Below, piece by piece: positions 1 through 9,518 of a DNA stretch of 64,000 nt. The notes beneath the pieces are model-generated. The model was not told where the DNA came from. It did no database searches and was given only the letters and a program-made list of their open reading frames with translations. Within the stretch, counting starts at the first letter, position 1; the number at the start of each line of letters is the position of its first letter. The translations under genes and the position numbers were made by a program. The stretch is from Candidatus Woesearchaeota archaeon (GTDB taxonomy: Archaea > Nanobdellota > Nanobdellia > Woesearchaeales > UBA10216), in contig JACPBX010000003.1 of assembly GCA_016180085.1 (NCBI GenBank), forward strand, positions 32,001-96,000, given 5' to 3'.

Positions 1-1698
1 ACCGGAAAAGGCGTTACCATAGCCATTATTGATACTGGCGTTGACTACACCCATCCCGACCTTGGAGGCTGTTTTGGCAGTGGCTGCAAGGTCGCAGGTG
101 GTTATGACTTTTTTAATGATGATCCCGATCCAATTGACGACCATGGCCACGGCACCCACGTTGCCGCAACTGCTGCCGGCAGCGGAATTCTGAAAGGAGT
201 TGCCCCTGATGCCACAGTTTACGCTTACAAGGTTCTCGGCGCTGGAGGAGGGGGAAACTGGGACGATGTAATAGCTGCCATTGAGCGCTCTGTTGACCCG
301 AATGAAGATGGCGACTTTTCCGACCACCTTGACGTTATAAGCATGAGCCTTGGTGGCTCTGGCAACCCTGACGACCCTCAGTCGCAGGCAGTTGACAATG
401 CAGTGAGCAACGGCGTTGTTGCAGTTATTGCTGCAGGAAACTCTGGCCCTGGGAGCGGCACTATTGGAAGCCCCGGAACCGCCAGAAAGGCAATAACCGT
501 TGGCGCTGTTGACAAGTGCGACAACATTGCAGGCTTCAGCTCCCGCGGGCCGGTTGTTTGGGAAGGCGGAACATTGCTTAAGCCAGACATAGTTGCTCCT
601 GGAGTTGACATCTGCGCAGCGCAGTGGGACAGCTGGCTGGCTGATTTGAAATGCGTTGATGACAGGCACATAGCCATCTCCGGCACTTCAATGGCAACCC
701 CACATGTCTCAGGCGCTGCAGCGCTTCTGCTCCAGGCCAACCCAGAATGGAGTCCTGAAGATGTCAAGTCAGCCATGATGCTTGGCGCTCACGACCTTGG
801 CCTCAGCCCGACAGACCAGGGAGCTGGCAGGCTTGACGTGCTCAGGTCGCTCAATCCGGCAATTTCCGTCTTGCCGAACAGCGTATCATTTGAGCTTTCT
901 GAAGGCACCTCATACTCTACAGACCTTGAAATCACAAACCTTCTTGATAAGGAAATGGCTGTGGAATTCAGTGCTGTTACCTTCGACTTGGATGGGAAGG
1001 TGTACGACTTCGCGAGTGTTGAGCCCGAAAGCCTTACCCTGGCTCCAAATGGCAAAGGCACAGTGCAGCTTTTAGTTGACGTCCAGCCCGACTCTGAAGG
1101 CTACTTCATCGGGAGGATATCAGTGCAGGTTCCCAGCCCTTCACGCCCTGATGAAGTGGATGTTCTTGTCGTGCCTTTTTCATTCTCGCGGACTTCCCAG
1201 ATGGTTGTTTCGGCTGTTGATTCCGGAGGCAGGCCCCTGCTTGCTGACTTCTATCTCCACAGCAACGACCTTGAGCAATTATCCCGTGCATCATTCGGGA
1301 TTGACTACGTAGGTGACAGCTATACATTCAAGCTGAAAAGTGGCAGTTATACGGTCCACGCTGTAAGCGTTTTCGAAAGCCCTGTCCAGTTTTTCCTTTC
1401 CAAGGCTGTTGCGCTGCCTGTTGGCTCAAAGCTAAGCATCCCGCTGAGCACTGCCGACGCAAGGCAGTTCAAGGTCCCGGCAGAATCCTTCAGCAAGGTT
1501 CCTCTCAGGCTTAACACGTGGGAAAAGGCTTTGCTGATATACAATGACAAATCACTGTGGTCAACCACTTACACGGCATTCTCCCCAAATATTCCTGACG
1601 GTAATAAGGTTGTTTACGTTTCAGACAGGCCTGAAAACGGCCTTAACACTGACGTGATAATAGACTACGAGGGCTATCCCACAAACATACCAAAATGA
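1..1698 (+). CDS. Subtilisin-like S8 serine protease (5'-partial; frame is open from base 1)
   Basis: Frame 1 from base 1 reads TGKGVTIAIIDTGVDYTHPDL (catalytic Asp) and DDHGHGTHVA (His); ORF track gives AAGNSG (oxyanion Asn) and SGTSMATPHVSG (Ser); Ig-like C-terminal extension. Confidence 0.95.
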   Translation, partial: TGKGVTIAIIDTGVDYTHPDLGGCFGSGCKVAGGYDFFNDDPDPIDDHGHGTHVAATAAGSGILKGVAPDATVYAYKVLGAGGGGNWDDVIAAIERSVDPNEDGDFSDHLDVISMSLGGSGNPDDPQSQAVDNAVSNGVVAVIAAGNSGPGSGTIGSPGTARKAITVGAVDKCDNIAGFSSRGPVVWEGGTLLKPDIVAPGVDICAAQWDSWLADLKCVDDRHIAISGTSMATPHVSGAAALLLQANPEWSPEDVKSAMMLGAHDLGLSPTDQGAGRLDVLRSLNPAISVLPNSVSFELSEGTSYSTDLEITNLLDKEMAVEFSAVTFDLDGKVYDFASVEPESLTLAPNGKGTVQLLVDVQPDSEGYFIGRISVQVPSPSRPDEVDVLVVPFSFSRTSQMVVSAVDSGGRPLLADFYLHSNDLEQLSRASFGIDYVGDSYTFKLKSGSYTVHAVSVFESPVQFFLSKAVALPVGSKLSIPLSTADARQFKVPAESFSKVPLRLNTWEKALLIYNDKSLWSTTYTAFSPNIPDGNKVVYVSDRPENGLNTDVIIDYEGYPTNIPK

Positions 1699-4600
1699 AA
1701 ATGAGAGCTGTTCATTGCTTGCCGAACAAAAAATTCTGCACCAGCAGAATTCTGGCTGCAGTGCTGCTGGCCGCTGTTGCTGTGCTGGTTTCAGGATGTT
1801 ACACTGATGACTACCTGTTGTCATCTGAGCATTACTTTTCCGGGTGGGTTTTGCATAACGTTGATGCCTCAACAAAGACAGACCTGAGCTACTCAAAAGC
1901 CGATGTTGCCGAGCTGAACTACTCATTTGGCTTCCCTTCATCTGTGCCTGCAGAGTCTTCCTCAGTGGACTGGTGGATAATGCCCCTTCACAAAAACCAG
2001 CTCTTTGCTTTCGTGATTGGCTTGAATAAGGTCTTTCCTGTCCCGCTTAATACCACCTATTACATTTTCGGCCAGAACGGCCCTGAGGATTTTTACGAAA
2101 CAAAGTGGTCTTTCAGCACGCAGCTTAGCCATAGTTATGCCCTGTCTGGCGCTGGAGAAATTGTTCCAATTGCTCCCGAAGCAACGCAGTTCTTTCCTTC
2201 AGATGACGCGTTTTTTGACGCATACAACCCTGTGGCTGGCGAGTCAAAGCCCGTGCTGCTCGGCTCACCCCCGTTCCTGCCCACAAGCGTTTCAGTTACC
2301 GATACAGGCAGCTCTGCCCACATAAACCTCTCAAGCCCCCTCATCAGTCTCGCCAGTGGCAATGGCTTTGTGAGCTATTACGCGGATGAATTTGCAGCTC
2401 CGACTTACAAGGTGCTTAAATCAGATGGCAAAATTTTCTGGGAGGGCGAGCTTACAGATGCCAGTACAGGCAAAATCAGCCACAAAGCGCTTGACGTTTC
2501 TGTTTCAAAGCCTGACACTTACAGTATTGTGCTTAAGATTCCTCTGCCTTACGAGGCATGGAACCTTACAGAGGTTACAGCATCATTCACTTACCCTTCC
2601 TCAGACATAAGCCCGCCTGTGCTTGAAAAGGTTGATGTTTTGCCAAGATTTACTCCAGGCAAGGACCTTCCGGTTTCTGTGCGGTTTTCTGATAATGTGC
2701 AAATCGCATCTGTTGAGGTTTACGCGAGAATATCTCCCGAGTCAGAATGGCAAAAGCTTTCGGTCACTGAAGAGTCAGGGCTTGCCAACGCCTTCTTCTC
2801 AGTTGCGGAAGGCGCTTCAAGGGTTGACCTTAAGCTTGCTGCAAAAGACCTGTCAGGCAACGGGGCTTCTTACATAATAAATTATGCATCGCTCCCTGCT
2901 GTTGAAACAAAGCTTGCGCTTGATGTCCCTTCAGAGCTGACAAGGCTCCAGAAGGTTCGCCTGTCCGGCACATGCTCCCACACGAATGGGCAGAATTGCA
3001 ATGAAGAGCTTATATTAATAAGGGTTGATGGCTCTGAAGCTGCAAGGACAATCGCCAGAGAAGGCAAATTCGAGCTTGACTTTACAATGCCTGAAAGCTC
3101 CTCGCCCGAATCGAAGCTATCTGCAGCCTTCCTGGGCACAGGAACGCTCTCCCAGGCATCTACAGATGTTTCAGTGGCTGTTCCCTCGCATGGCCGTGAT
3201 GTTGGAGTTGCTGATTTGTCAGTCAGGGACGCGCTGTTGGGTGAGCCTTTCAAGGTATCAGCCAGGGTTGTCAATGTTGGCGGGCAGGAAGAAAAGGATG
3301 TGGCTGTTGAGCTTACAGCCAACGGCGACCTGATTTCTTCCAAGACATTGGAGGCCCTTGCTGTTGCCGAAAGCAGGGATGTGTCGTTTGACTTCTTCCC
3401 TGAAGAAGGGTTCTACGATATTGCAATCTCAGCAACAGCAAAGGCAGATGAGAACAGCCTTAACAATGAGGTCAGTGAAGGTGTTGATGTAGAATATGCT
3501 GCTCCTGACGTTTCTGTTTATGCTGAGCCTGCCAAGACAGCTGTTTTCTCCAAAACAGCCGTAACCTTGCAAGTGACAAACTACGGCGAGGTAAAGGCTA
3601 CTGGCATTAAAGCGCAGCTTTATGACCTCTACAAGCCTGTCAGTACATTTATTGACTTGTCAGAGGAAAAGCCAGGTAAAGGCAGTGGAGGCGGAGGAGG
3701 CGGTAAAGAAGGCAAGAAAAAAGTTTCGGCTTCTTATAACGATACTGATTACGATATAGAGGCAGAGCGTGTCGGCCAAAGCATTGTGCTGACGGTTTCG
3801 GTGAAGGGCAAGCCGGAAACAGCTGAGGAGCTCACATTTACAAACAGCCTAAAGGTGCAAAAGCTTGCCAGTGGGGTTTACTTTTACATGGACTTTGCCT
3901 CACATTTTGGCGCTTTCTTTCGGATAGGCACGGCAACTGTTTCTGAGGTTTCTGTTGGTAACCTTAACAGCTTTGAGGAGAGGGCAGTGCCTGTTGACTG
4001 GGCGCCTGGCTCTATTGGCGAATACATCCTGGTTGCTTTTGTTTCCGCAGACTCTGACAGCTACACTGGCAACAATTACTATTCTGTGGATGGCAGGTCG
4101 CTGAAGGAAGGCGTCAACGTTGAAAGCTCCCTGAGCATAGACTTCAGCAAAAAATTCGTTACAGGCGTAAAGACAGCCATCCCTGCTGAGGTAGAGAACA
4201 TAGGAAGCGAGTCTGCAAAGAAGATTGTTGTTTCGCTTTACGAGGAAAAAGATGAGGATGGAAGCGAAGAGGAGAAGACGAAGGAGTCTAAGCCGGTTCC
4301 TGGAGCAATAAAAGCTACGCTTATAGGGACGCAAGCAATAGATGAGCTGGATGTTAAGAAATCAAGGAAGCTCATTTTTGACTGGGTGCCGAAGAAATCC
4401 GGCGTAAGGCGCCTGACCCTGATTGCAGAGGTCAAAGGCGATGTTGACGCCAGTGATAACGATGCCGTTGGCTTTGCCAGGGTTGTTCCGAAGGACAAGG
4501 CAGACCTTGATGCTTCGCTATTCCACCCGGATGATGAATTGCTGGCAGGGCAGGCAGTAAATGTTACAGGCAGCGCCTATAACGCAGGCATCAAGGCTGC

Positions 4601-7373
4601 CGAAAACACTGTTGCCTCGCTCTACGAAATCAAAGGTAGTTTAGATGATTTAGATGAAGATGATATCGCAAGCAGGGAACGGAAGCTTGTTGGCAGGAAG
4701 GAGCTTGGCTCTGTCAGACCAGAATCCTTTTTTGAGTTTGACTTTGACTGGACGCCATCTTCAGCAGGAGAATTTTCACTAGAGCTGGTGCTCGAGGCAT
4801 CTAACGAAGGCAATAATGAAGACAATACCGACATCGTGGAAGCTTTTGTGCAGAGGAAAGAGGTTGACGCCGAGGTTAGCAGCCTTGAGTTTCCCGACTT
4901 CATCATTTCCGAAGCCCAGAACCCGATATACGCCATTGTTACCAAAATCGGAAAGGAGGAGCCTGGGCCGTTTAACATCACGCTGAAGGCAAACGGCCTC
5001 GTCGTTTCAACAGTGTATGACTTCACCTTCAGCCAGTTTACAACGACACAGTATGTCCAACTTTGGTGGACTCCGGCTGCAGCCGGTAAATACGTTGTTG
5101 AGGCAGAGCTCAACCTCAGTGATTCTGACACTTCAAACAATGCAAAATCAAAGAAGGCGGATGTGACCGGCAAGAGGCAGGTGAACATTACCTTCCTTGC
5201 CCCAGATGGCACGCCTGCCGAGAGGCTGCTGGCAGTTGGAGATTTTGATGGCACTGTGACTGGGACAGTAGGCGTCACTTTGCCTGATGCTCCGGTTGAC
5301 GTCTGGATTGGCATGAAGGAAGAAGAAGGGAATTCTGTCGCTTCTGTCTATGAGAAGTCGTCCATTAGGGGGAATGTTACTGTAGTTACAGCCCGCTCAG
5401 CTACGCCTTCTGTCCAGAACGGCGTGCTTGTCTACGAGTTTTTCGCCAACAATATCTCGTGGAGCTACCAGTCTGTTTCAGAGTTCCTAAGCAGGAGGCT
5501 TTCAGACCTGACCATCCGCTACACCGAGCTCAAGGCGTTTGTGTGCGATGGCTTTGACTTTGCAGGCTCAAAATGCGGGAACTGGCAGGAAGTGCCTTCT
5601 GACATAATTGTTGACTCCGGCGTTTTGCTTGTGACAGCCTCAGCGAGCAGGGCAAACTCATTTGCGATTGGCGACAAGGACTACGACGATGACAACCAGC
5701 CAGACTGGGATGACAGCGATGCCGATAATGACGGCGTTGACGATGAAACAGACAGCTTTGTCTGCTTCAACGGCAGGCTCAAGTCGACAAAGCTGAATGT
5801 GAGCGTTGACGGAAGTTCGGATGCAAAGGATGTTGAAGGCAAGAAAACGGTGGATTTCAAGCAGGGTGAAAGGCAGATAGCAGAGTTCACGGCTGATTTC
5901 GACAAGGGCGTCCTTGACTGCAGGGATGTTACGGTTGAAAAGCAGCCTGAGTCAGCCAAATCAGGCTACGTTCTTATTTCAGGAATAGCTAATTCAGCTG
6001 AGCCCAAGAAGGTTTTTGTTGACAAGATCGCGAAGATAAGCAGGGTCTGCGTAAAAGATGCTGAGATAATCTCCATAGCTGAAGTAAGCCAGGGCTGCAC
6101 GGGAAGCAGCGAGTTCATTGTGCTATGCAACGGAGTGAAGCAGGGCAGCTATACCTGCACAGAAACAGAAAGCCAGTATGTAATCACAGGCGTTGTGCAC
6201 TCTGGAATAATAGAGCTTACAGATTGCCAGGAGTCGTGGTTATGCACTGACTGGAGCGCATGCGTTTCAGGGAAGCAAACACGCAGCTGCACTGACTCGC
6301 ACAACTGCGGCACACAGTCAAGCAAGCCTCTGGGCGAGCAGCCCTGTCAAACTAGTGGCGGAGGCGGTGGAGGTGGTGGAGGAGGAGGCGGTGCTTCGCG
6401 AAGGACGTTTGGGCTTGATGATCTGGAAAACTGGGTTGCAGGCAAGACAGAGCAGCTGCTGGTAAGGGAAAAGGACGTCATTACCTTTGACTTCGGCAGG
6501 CGCAATTACAGGCTGGTTGTGAGGGATATAGCGAGTGCCTTTGTAAGGATTGACATTTCATCAGAAACAAAGGACAGCACAATAGGCAAAAGCGAAACCA
6601 TGCTGTTTGACCTTAACAAGGATGGCACTGATGACCTTGCCCTGACATTCATAAGCCTTGATTTCAACAAGGCTGTTATCACGCTGCAAAGGCTTGAGCC
6701 AAAGCCAGTGGAAGCAGCCAAGCCAAAACCTGCGCAGCCTTCCACGCAGCCTACGCAGCAGTCAGAATCAGAACAGCCACCTCAACAGCAGGTAGTGCAG
6801 CCAGAAAAAGAGCCTGCACAACCACGCATTGGCCTCAGAAATGTGGGCAGGACTGCGTTCTTTGCCTTGATAGCTGGAGTGCTGGCCGTAATTCTACTGG
6901 CAGCAATCGCTTTCGTCTCAAACATGCTGGGCAGGCCGAGGCAGCCTAAACAACCTCGGCAGCCTTACCAGCTTCAGCAGCCGCACCACCCACCGTACCA
7001 ACCTCATCACCCCGCTTACTATCAGGCTCATCACGCAGCCGCAACCCACCCAACGGCTCACATTCCAACACACATCCCAGCCCATCCTGCGCAGCAGCCT
7101 GCACACCCACCAGTTCATCCTGCCCATGCTGCCGTCCATGCCGTCCAGCCCAGGGCACAGGCTGCACCAAGCCCGACAATTGCAGATGTTGAGGCGTTCA
7201 TTAACCGCTGTCTGGCGAGAAGGCTGTCTTCTGAGCAGATTGTAAGGCTCTTCGCCAATGCCGGCTGGAGCCCCAGGCTTATTGAGCACGTTATCAAGGT
7301 TAAGATTGCAGAACTCACCAGGGAAAGGCATAGGATTGAGCATTCGCTGCACATGCACGAAACCAGGAAGTAA
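1695..7373 (+). CDS. Giant (1892 aa) cell-surface protein with multiple CARDB/Ig-like domains, Ca-binding Asp-rich motif, Cys-rich module and C-terminal TM helix
   Basis: N-terminal hydrophobic segment ending LVSGC; recurring CARDB-like motifs (ARVVNVGG, AEVENIG, DSDTSNN, DENSLNN); DKDYDDDNQPDWDDSDADNDGVDD; CQESWLCTDWSAC; Gly linkers; TM FFALIAGVLAVILLAAIAFV; ATGA overlap with the protease stop. Confidence 0.85.
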   Translation: MKMRAVHCLPNKKFCTSRILAAVLLAAVAVLVSGCYTDDYLLSSEHYFSGWVLHNVDASTKTDLSYSKADVAELNYSFGFPSSVPAESSSVDWWIMPLHKNQLFAFVIGLNKVFPVPLNTTYYIFGQNGPEDFYETKWSFSTQLSHSYALSGAGEIVPIAPEATQFFPSDDAFFDAYNPVAGESKPVLLGSPPFLPTSVSVTDTGSSAHINLSSPLISLASGNGFVSYYADEFAAPTYKVLKSDGKIFWEGELTDASTGKISHKALDVSVSKPDTYSIVLKIPLPYEAWNLTEVTASFTYPSSDISPPVLEKVDVLPRFTPGKDLPVSVRFSDNVQIASVEVYARISPESEWQKLSVTEESGLANAFFSVAEGASRVDLKLAAKDLSGNGASYIINYASLPAVETKLALDVPSELTRLQKVRLSGTCSHTNGQNCNEELILIRVDGSEAARTIAREGKFELDFTMPESSSPESKLSAAFLGTGTLSQASTDVSVAVPSHGRDVGVADLSVRDALLGEPFKVSARVVNVGGQEEKDVAVELTANGDLISSKTLEALAVAESRDVSFDFFPEEGFYDIAISATAKADENSLNNEVSEGVDVEYAAPDVSVYAEPAKTAVFSKTAVTLQVTNYGEVKATGIKAQLYDLYKPVSTFIDLSEEKPGKGSGGGGGGKEGKKKVSASYNDTDYDIEAERVGQSIVLTVSVKGKPETAEELTFTNSLKVQKLASGVYFYMDFASHFGAFFRIGTATVSEVSVGNLNSFEERAVPVDWAPGSIGEYILVAFVSADSDSYTGNNYYSVDGRSLKEGVNVESSLSIDFSKKFVTGVKTAIPAEVENIGSESAKKIVVSLYEEKDEDGSEEEKTKESKPVPGAIKATLIGTQAIDELDVKKSRKLIFDWVPKKSGVRRLTLIAEVKGDVDASDNDAVGFARVVPKDKADLDASLFHPDDELLAGQAVNVTGSAYNAGIKAAENTVASLYEIKGSLDDLDEDDIASRERKLVGRKELGSVRPESFFEFDFDWTPSSAGEFSLELVLEASNEGNNEDNTDIVEAFVQRKEVDAEVSSLEFPDFIISEAQNPIYAIVTKIGKEEPGPFNITLKANGLVVSTVYDFTFSQFTTTQYVQLWWTPAAAGKYVVEAELNLSDSDTSNNAKSKKADVTGKRQVNITFLAPDGTPAERLLAVGDFDGTVTGTVGVTLPDAPVDVWIGMKEEEGNSVASVYEKSSIRGNVTVVTARSATPSVQNGVLVYEFFANNISWSYQSVSEFLSRRLSDLTIRYTELKAFVCDGFDFAGSKCGNWQEVPSDIIVDSGVLLVTASASRANSFAIGDKDYDDDNQPDWDDSDADNDGVDDETDSFVCFNGRLKSTKLNVSVDGSSDAKDVEGKKTVDFKQGERQIAEFTADFDKGVLDCRDVTVEKQPESAKSGYVLISGIANSAEPKKVFVDKIAKISRVCVKDAEIISIAEVSQGCTGSSEFIVLCNGVKQGSYTCTETESQYVITGVVHSGIIELTDCQESWLCTDWSACVSGKQTRSCTDSHNCGTQSSKPLGEQPCQTSGGGGGGGGGGGGASRRTFGLDDLENWVAGKTEQLLVREKDVITFDFGRRNYRLVVRDIASAFVRIDISSETKDSTIGKSETMLFDLNKDGTDDLALTFISLDFNKAVITLQRLEPKPVEAAKPKPAQPSTQPTQQSESEQPPQQQVVQPEKEPAQPRIGLRNVGRTAFFALIAGVLAVILLAAIAFVSNMLGRPRQPKQPRQPYQLQQPHHPPYQPHHPAYYQAHHAAATHPTAHIPTHIPAHPAQQPAHPPVHPAHAAVHAVQPRAQAAPSPTIADVEAFINRCLARRLSSEQIVRLFANAGWSPRLIEHVIKVKIAELTRERHRIEHSLHMHETRK

Positions 7374-7384
7374 AAGCTAAAATG

Positions 7385-7572
7385 TCAGAATTTTCCACTA
7401 GTCTTTGACTAGTGGCAGAACCTGTTATTCTGCCAAATTCCATTGAGGAAAATTCTGAGCACTAAGCAGCATCGGCAGCAGCCGATGCGCAGAGACAGCA
7501 AAGCTGTCTCTGAACCACCCATATAATCCCACCCGTCTCTGATGGGTGGTTCTTTAGAGCAAAAGCCTAAAG
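7385..7572. repeat. Cluster of tandem and nested inverted repeats in a convergent intergenic region
   Basis: tcagaattttcc/ggaaaattctga (7385-7396/7447-7458); ccactagtc-ttt-gactagtgg; ggcagaa/ttctgcc; gcatcggc/gccgatgc; cagagacagc-aaa-gctgtctctg; gaaccacccat/atgggtggttc. Confidence 0.85.
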
Positions 7573-7588
7573 CCAGGAAAATCAGAAA

Positions 7589-7936
7589 TCAGTAAACTGC
7601 CTTTTTGCCCCTGCTCTCCTGTAAGCACTTCTCAAAAACAGGGTTTTCAATCCACCCGCATCTGCCTTCAACACAGCCGCAGCTTGTCAGCTTCAGGCAG
7701 TCGTATTCTGCCCGGTACTCGCAAGTCGTTATCAACCCTTCAGCCTCAGCAGCTGTTGTGCACACCTGCCCCGAGCACCCTCCAACGCCGCAGTCAGAGT
7801 CAGTGCTGCATTCAGGCTGCAGTTGCGTGTCATTTCTGGTTTTATTTTCCTGTGGTTGCAAAGGTGTGCATGCTGCAATTATCAGGATTGCGGCCGTTAT
7901 AATGGTCATAATAAGAAAAGTAGGAGCATGCTTCAT
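7589..7936 (-). CDS. Small secreted or lipoprotein eight-cysteine-cluster domain protein
   Basis: Hydrophobic N-terminus ending IAAC; ECSTDSDCGVGGCSGQVC...TTCEYRAEYDCLKLTSCGCVEGRCGW; start placed at MKHAPT. Confidence 0.8.
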   Translation of the reverse strand: MKHAPTFLIMTIITAAILIIAACTPLQPQENKTRNDTQLQPECSTDSDCGVGGCSGQVCTTAAEAEGLITTCEYRAEYDCLKLTSCGCVEGRCGWIENPVFEKCLQESRGKKAVY

Positions 7937-8032
7937 ACTACCCGCGCTGTCTGCGCATTTTATAATCATTTCGGTTATGTCAGTAATTTCTGCTTTCAGC
8001 GAGATCGGAATACAATATTTTACTACTTCATA

Positions 8033-9472
8033 ATGGTTAAAATAGAAAGGTTTATATACTGCCCTGCATCATGGTCGTGCATGTTGCAGGACTTGAGTGG
8101 CATAGAACTCTTTGAACGCGCAGATAGTGAGAAGATCCTCGCAGCAGAAGAGGGAACTCCCGGCCAGTCGGACCATTTTCTTGCAGAGTATTATGTGAGA
8201 ACTGGTGAGATGAGATTTATCCTCACTGTAGAGAAAGGCGGTGAGCTCGAAAAGAAGGTGTGGACATATTATCTGCCTACAGGCAGCGGATATGCACCAG
8301 GCGGATCGCTTCAAGATGAAGACCTCACAATCATTCAGAGGGGCATAAGAGCCGTTGAGCAAGCACATCATACCCGTCTTTCAGCACCACCGCGAAAAGA
8401 TTTAGAAGGTGTTCTTCGGGATGTAACGCATCGCGAAACTGAAGACATTACAGACAGCACGCGCTTTTCGGCAGGGGACTGCATACTGGTGCAAAATAGT
8501 CCAGGAGAAATTATTGTCGCAAAAGTATCAAAAGCAGAGGTGGAAAACATTCCAGGCATTCCCGGAAAAATCTTGCGTCTCTACACAGAGGGCGATTCAT
8601 TGCTTGGCAGCGGGGTAGCCATCTCCAATGGGAAAGTAAGATATGATGAGTTTGGTCCAGACTGGTGGCCTTCCAAATTGAAGGTTGTTTTCGCTACTGG
8701 CTTCGAAGAGGGAAGGCAAGCAGAGGGAAAAAAAGTGTGGAAAATCTCAGAAGCCGAAGCGCGCATATTGGCAAAATACGTGAGCGCGATTAAAGACCCG
8801 ACACCTGCATCAAGCATGAACAGGAGCGAACTTGTCACATATGCTGCATTACAATCGTTGCAATACGAGCGTTGGGGTCTCGACGAAATAGAGTTTTTGA
8901 GTCGTGGGAATGAACAAAAAAAGAGACGGCTTTTGGAGCATAGGTACAAAGATGTCACAGCGGAAAATTATGGAAGAGCCATTGACACGCTCGTTGAAAG
9001 AGTTGGGGAAGGCACGTTTGTTAATGTTGCAAAAAAAATTTTTGAGGAACATCTCAGGGGTTTGCACACGAAGCTCCATCTTGAGTCCACTCCTTTCCAG
9101 CCTCACTCAGATATCGGGCCTCTGTCGGAAATGTACACAAAAGCGGCTCACGATGCAATCAGGGGGGTGCATCCTGTTCCGAGAACGATGGAAGAAAGTG
9201 GGTTTGTGGTAAATGTTAAGACGCTCTTTGGCGATCCTGACTTCTGGGCTGCACTGCGCACGCGTCATGCCGGTGCATTCAACGAGCTTGTGGACTACGT
9301 GGAGGGCCTCCCGCATGATTTTGAGCAGCGAAACTACGGTGCCAGAACACGCATCGATCCTGTCGCGCTTGTGCAGCAATATTTCCCAAATGCGCATGCA
9401 GAAATCACAGGGAGCAGGCCGGATTTCACATCCGCCACTCCAAAAGCGATCAGGGTCGTAGGGAAGAACTAG
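8033..9472 (+). CDS. Hypothetical protein (~479 aa)
   Basis: Long ORF; ATG at 8033 follows an AT-rich stretch, and the upstream part of the track ORF overlaps the divergent gene; no recognisable motif. Confidence 0.7.
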   Translation: MVKIERFIYCPASWSCMLQDLSGIELFERADSEKILAAEEGTPGQSDHFLAEYYVRTGEMRFILTVEKGGELEKKVWTYYLPTGSGYAPGGSLQDEDLTIIQRGIRAVEQAHHTRLSAPPRKDLEGVLRDVTHRETEDITDSTRFSAGDCILVQNSPGEIIVAKVSKAEVENIPGIPGKILRLYTEGDSLLGSGVAISNGKVRYDEFGPDWWPSKLKVVFATGFEEGRQAEGKKVWKISEAEARILAKYVSAIKDPTPASSMNRSELVTYAALQSLQYERWGLDEIEFLSRGNEQKKRRLLEHRYKDVTAENYGRAIDTLVERVGEGTFVNVAKKIFEEHLRGLHTKLHLESTPFQPHSDIGPLSEMYTKAAHDAIRGVHPVPRTMEESGFVVNVKTLFGDPDFWAALRTRHAGAFNELVDYVEGLPHDFEQRNYGARTRIDPVALVQQYFPNAHAEITGSRPDFTSATPKAIRVVGKN

Positions 9473-9518
9473 GGCCAGGCTTTGGCCTCATGTCGGGGTT
9501 GGCATTTTTGTGCTTTAA

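Noticed and set aside
6355-6395. GGN-rich tandem repeat (also near 3680-3705)
   Set aside because: It encodes in-frame poly-Gly linkers of the surface protein and is explained at protein level.
7823-8032. N-terminal extension of the 549-aa track ORF
   Set aside because: It overlaps the divergent eight-cysteine gene and its promoter; the ATG at 8033 is more plausible.
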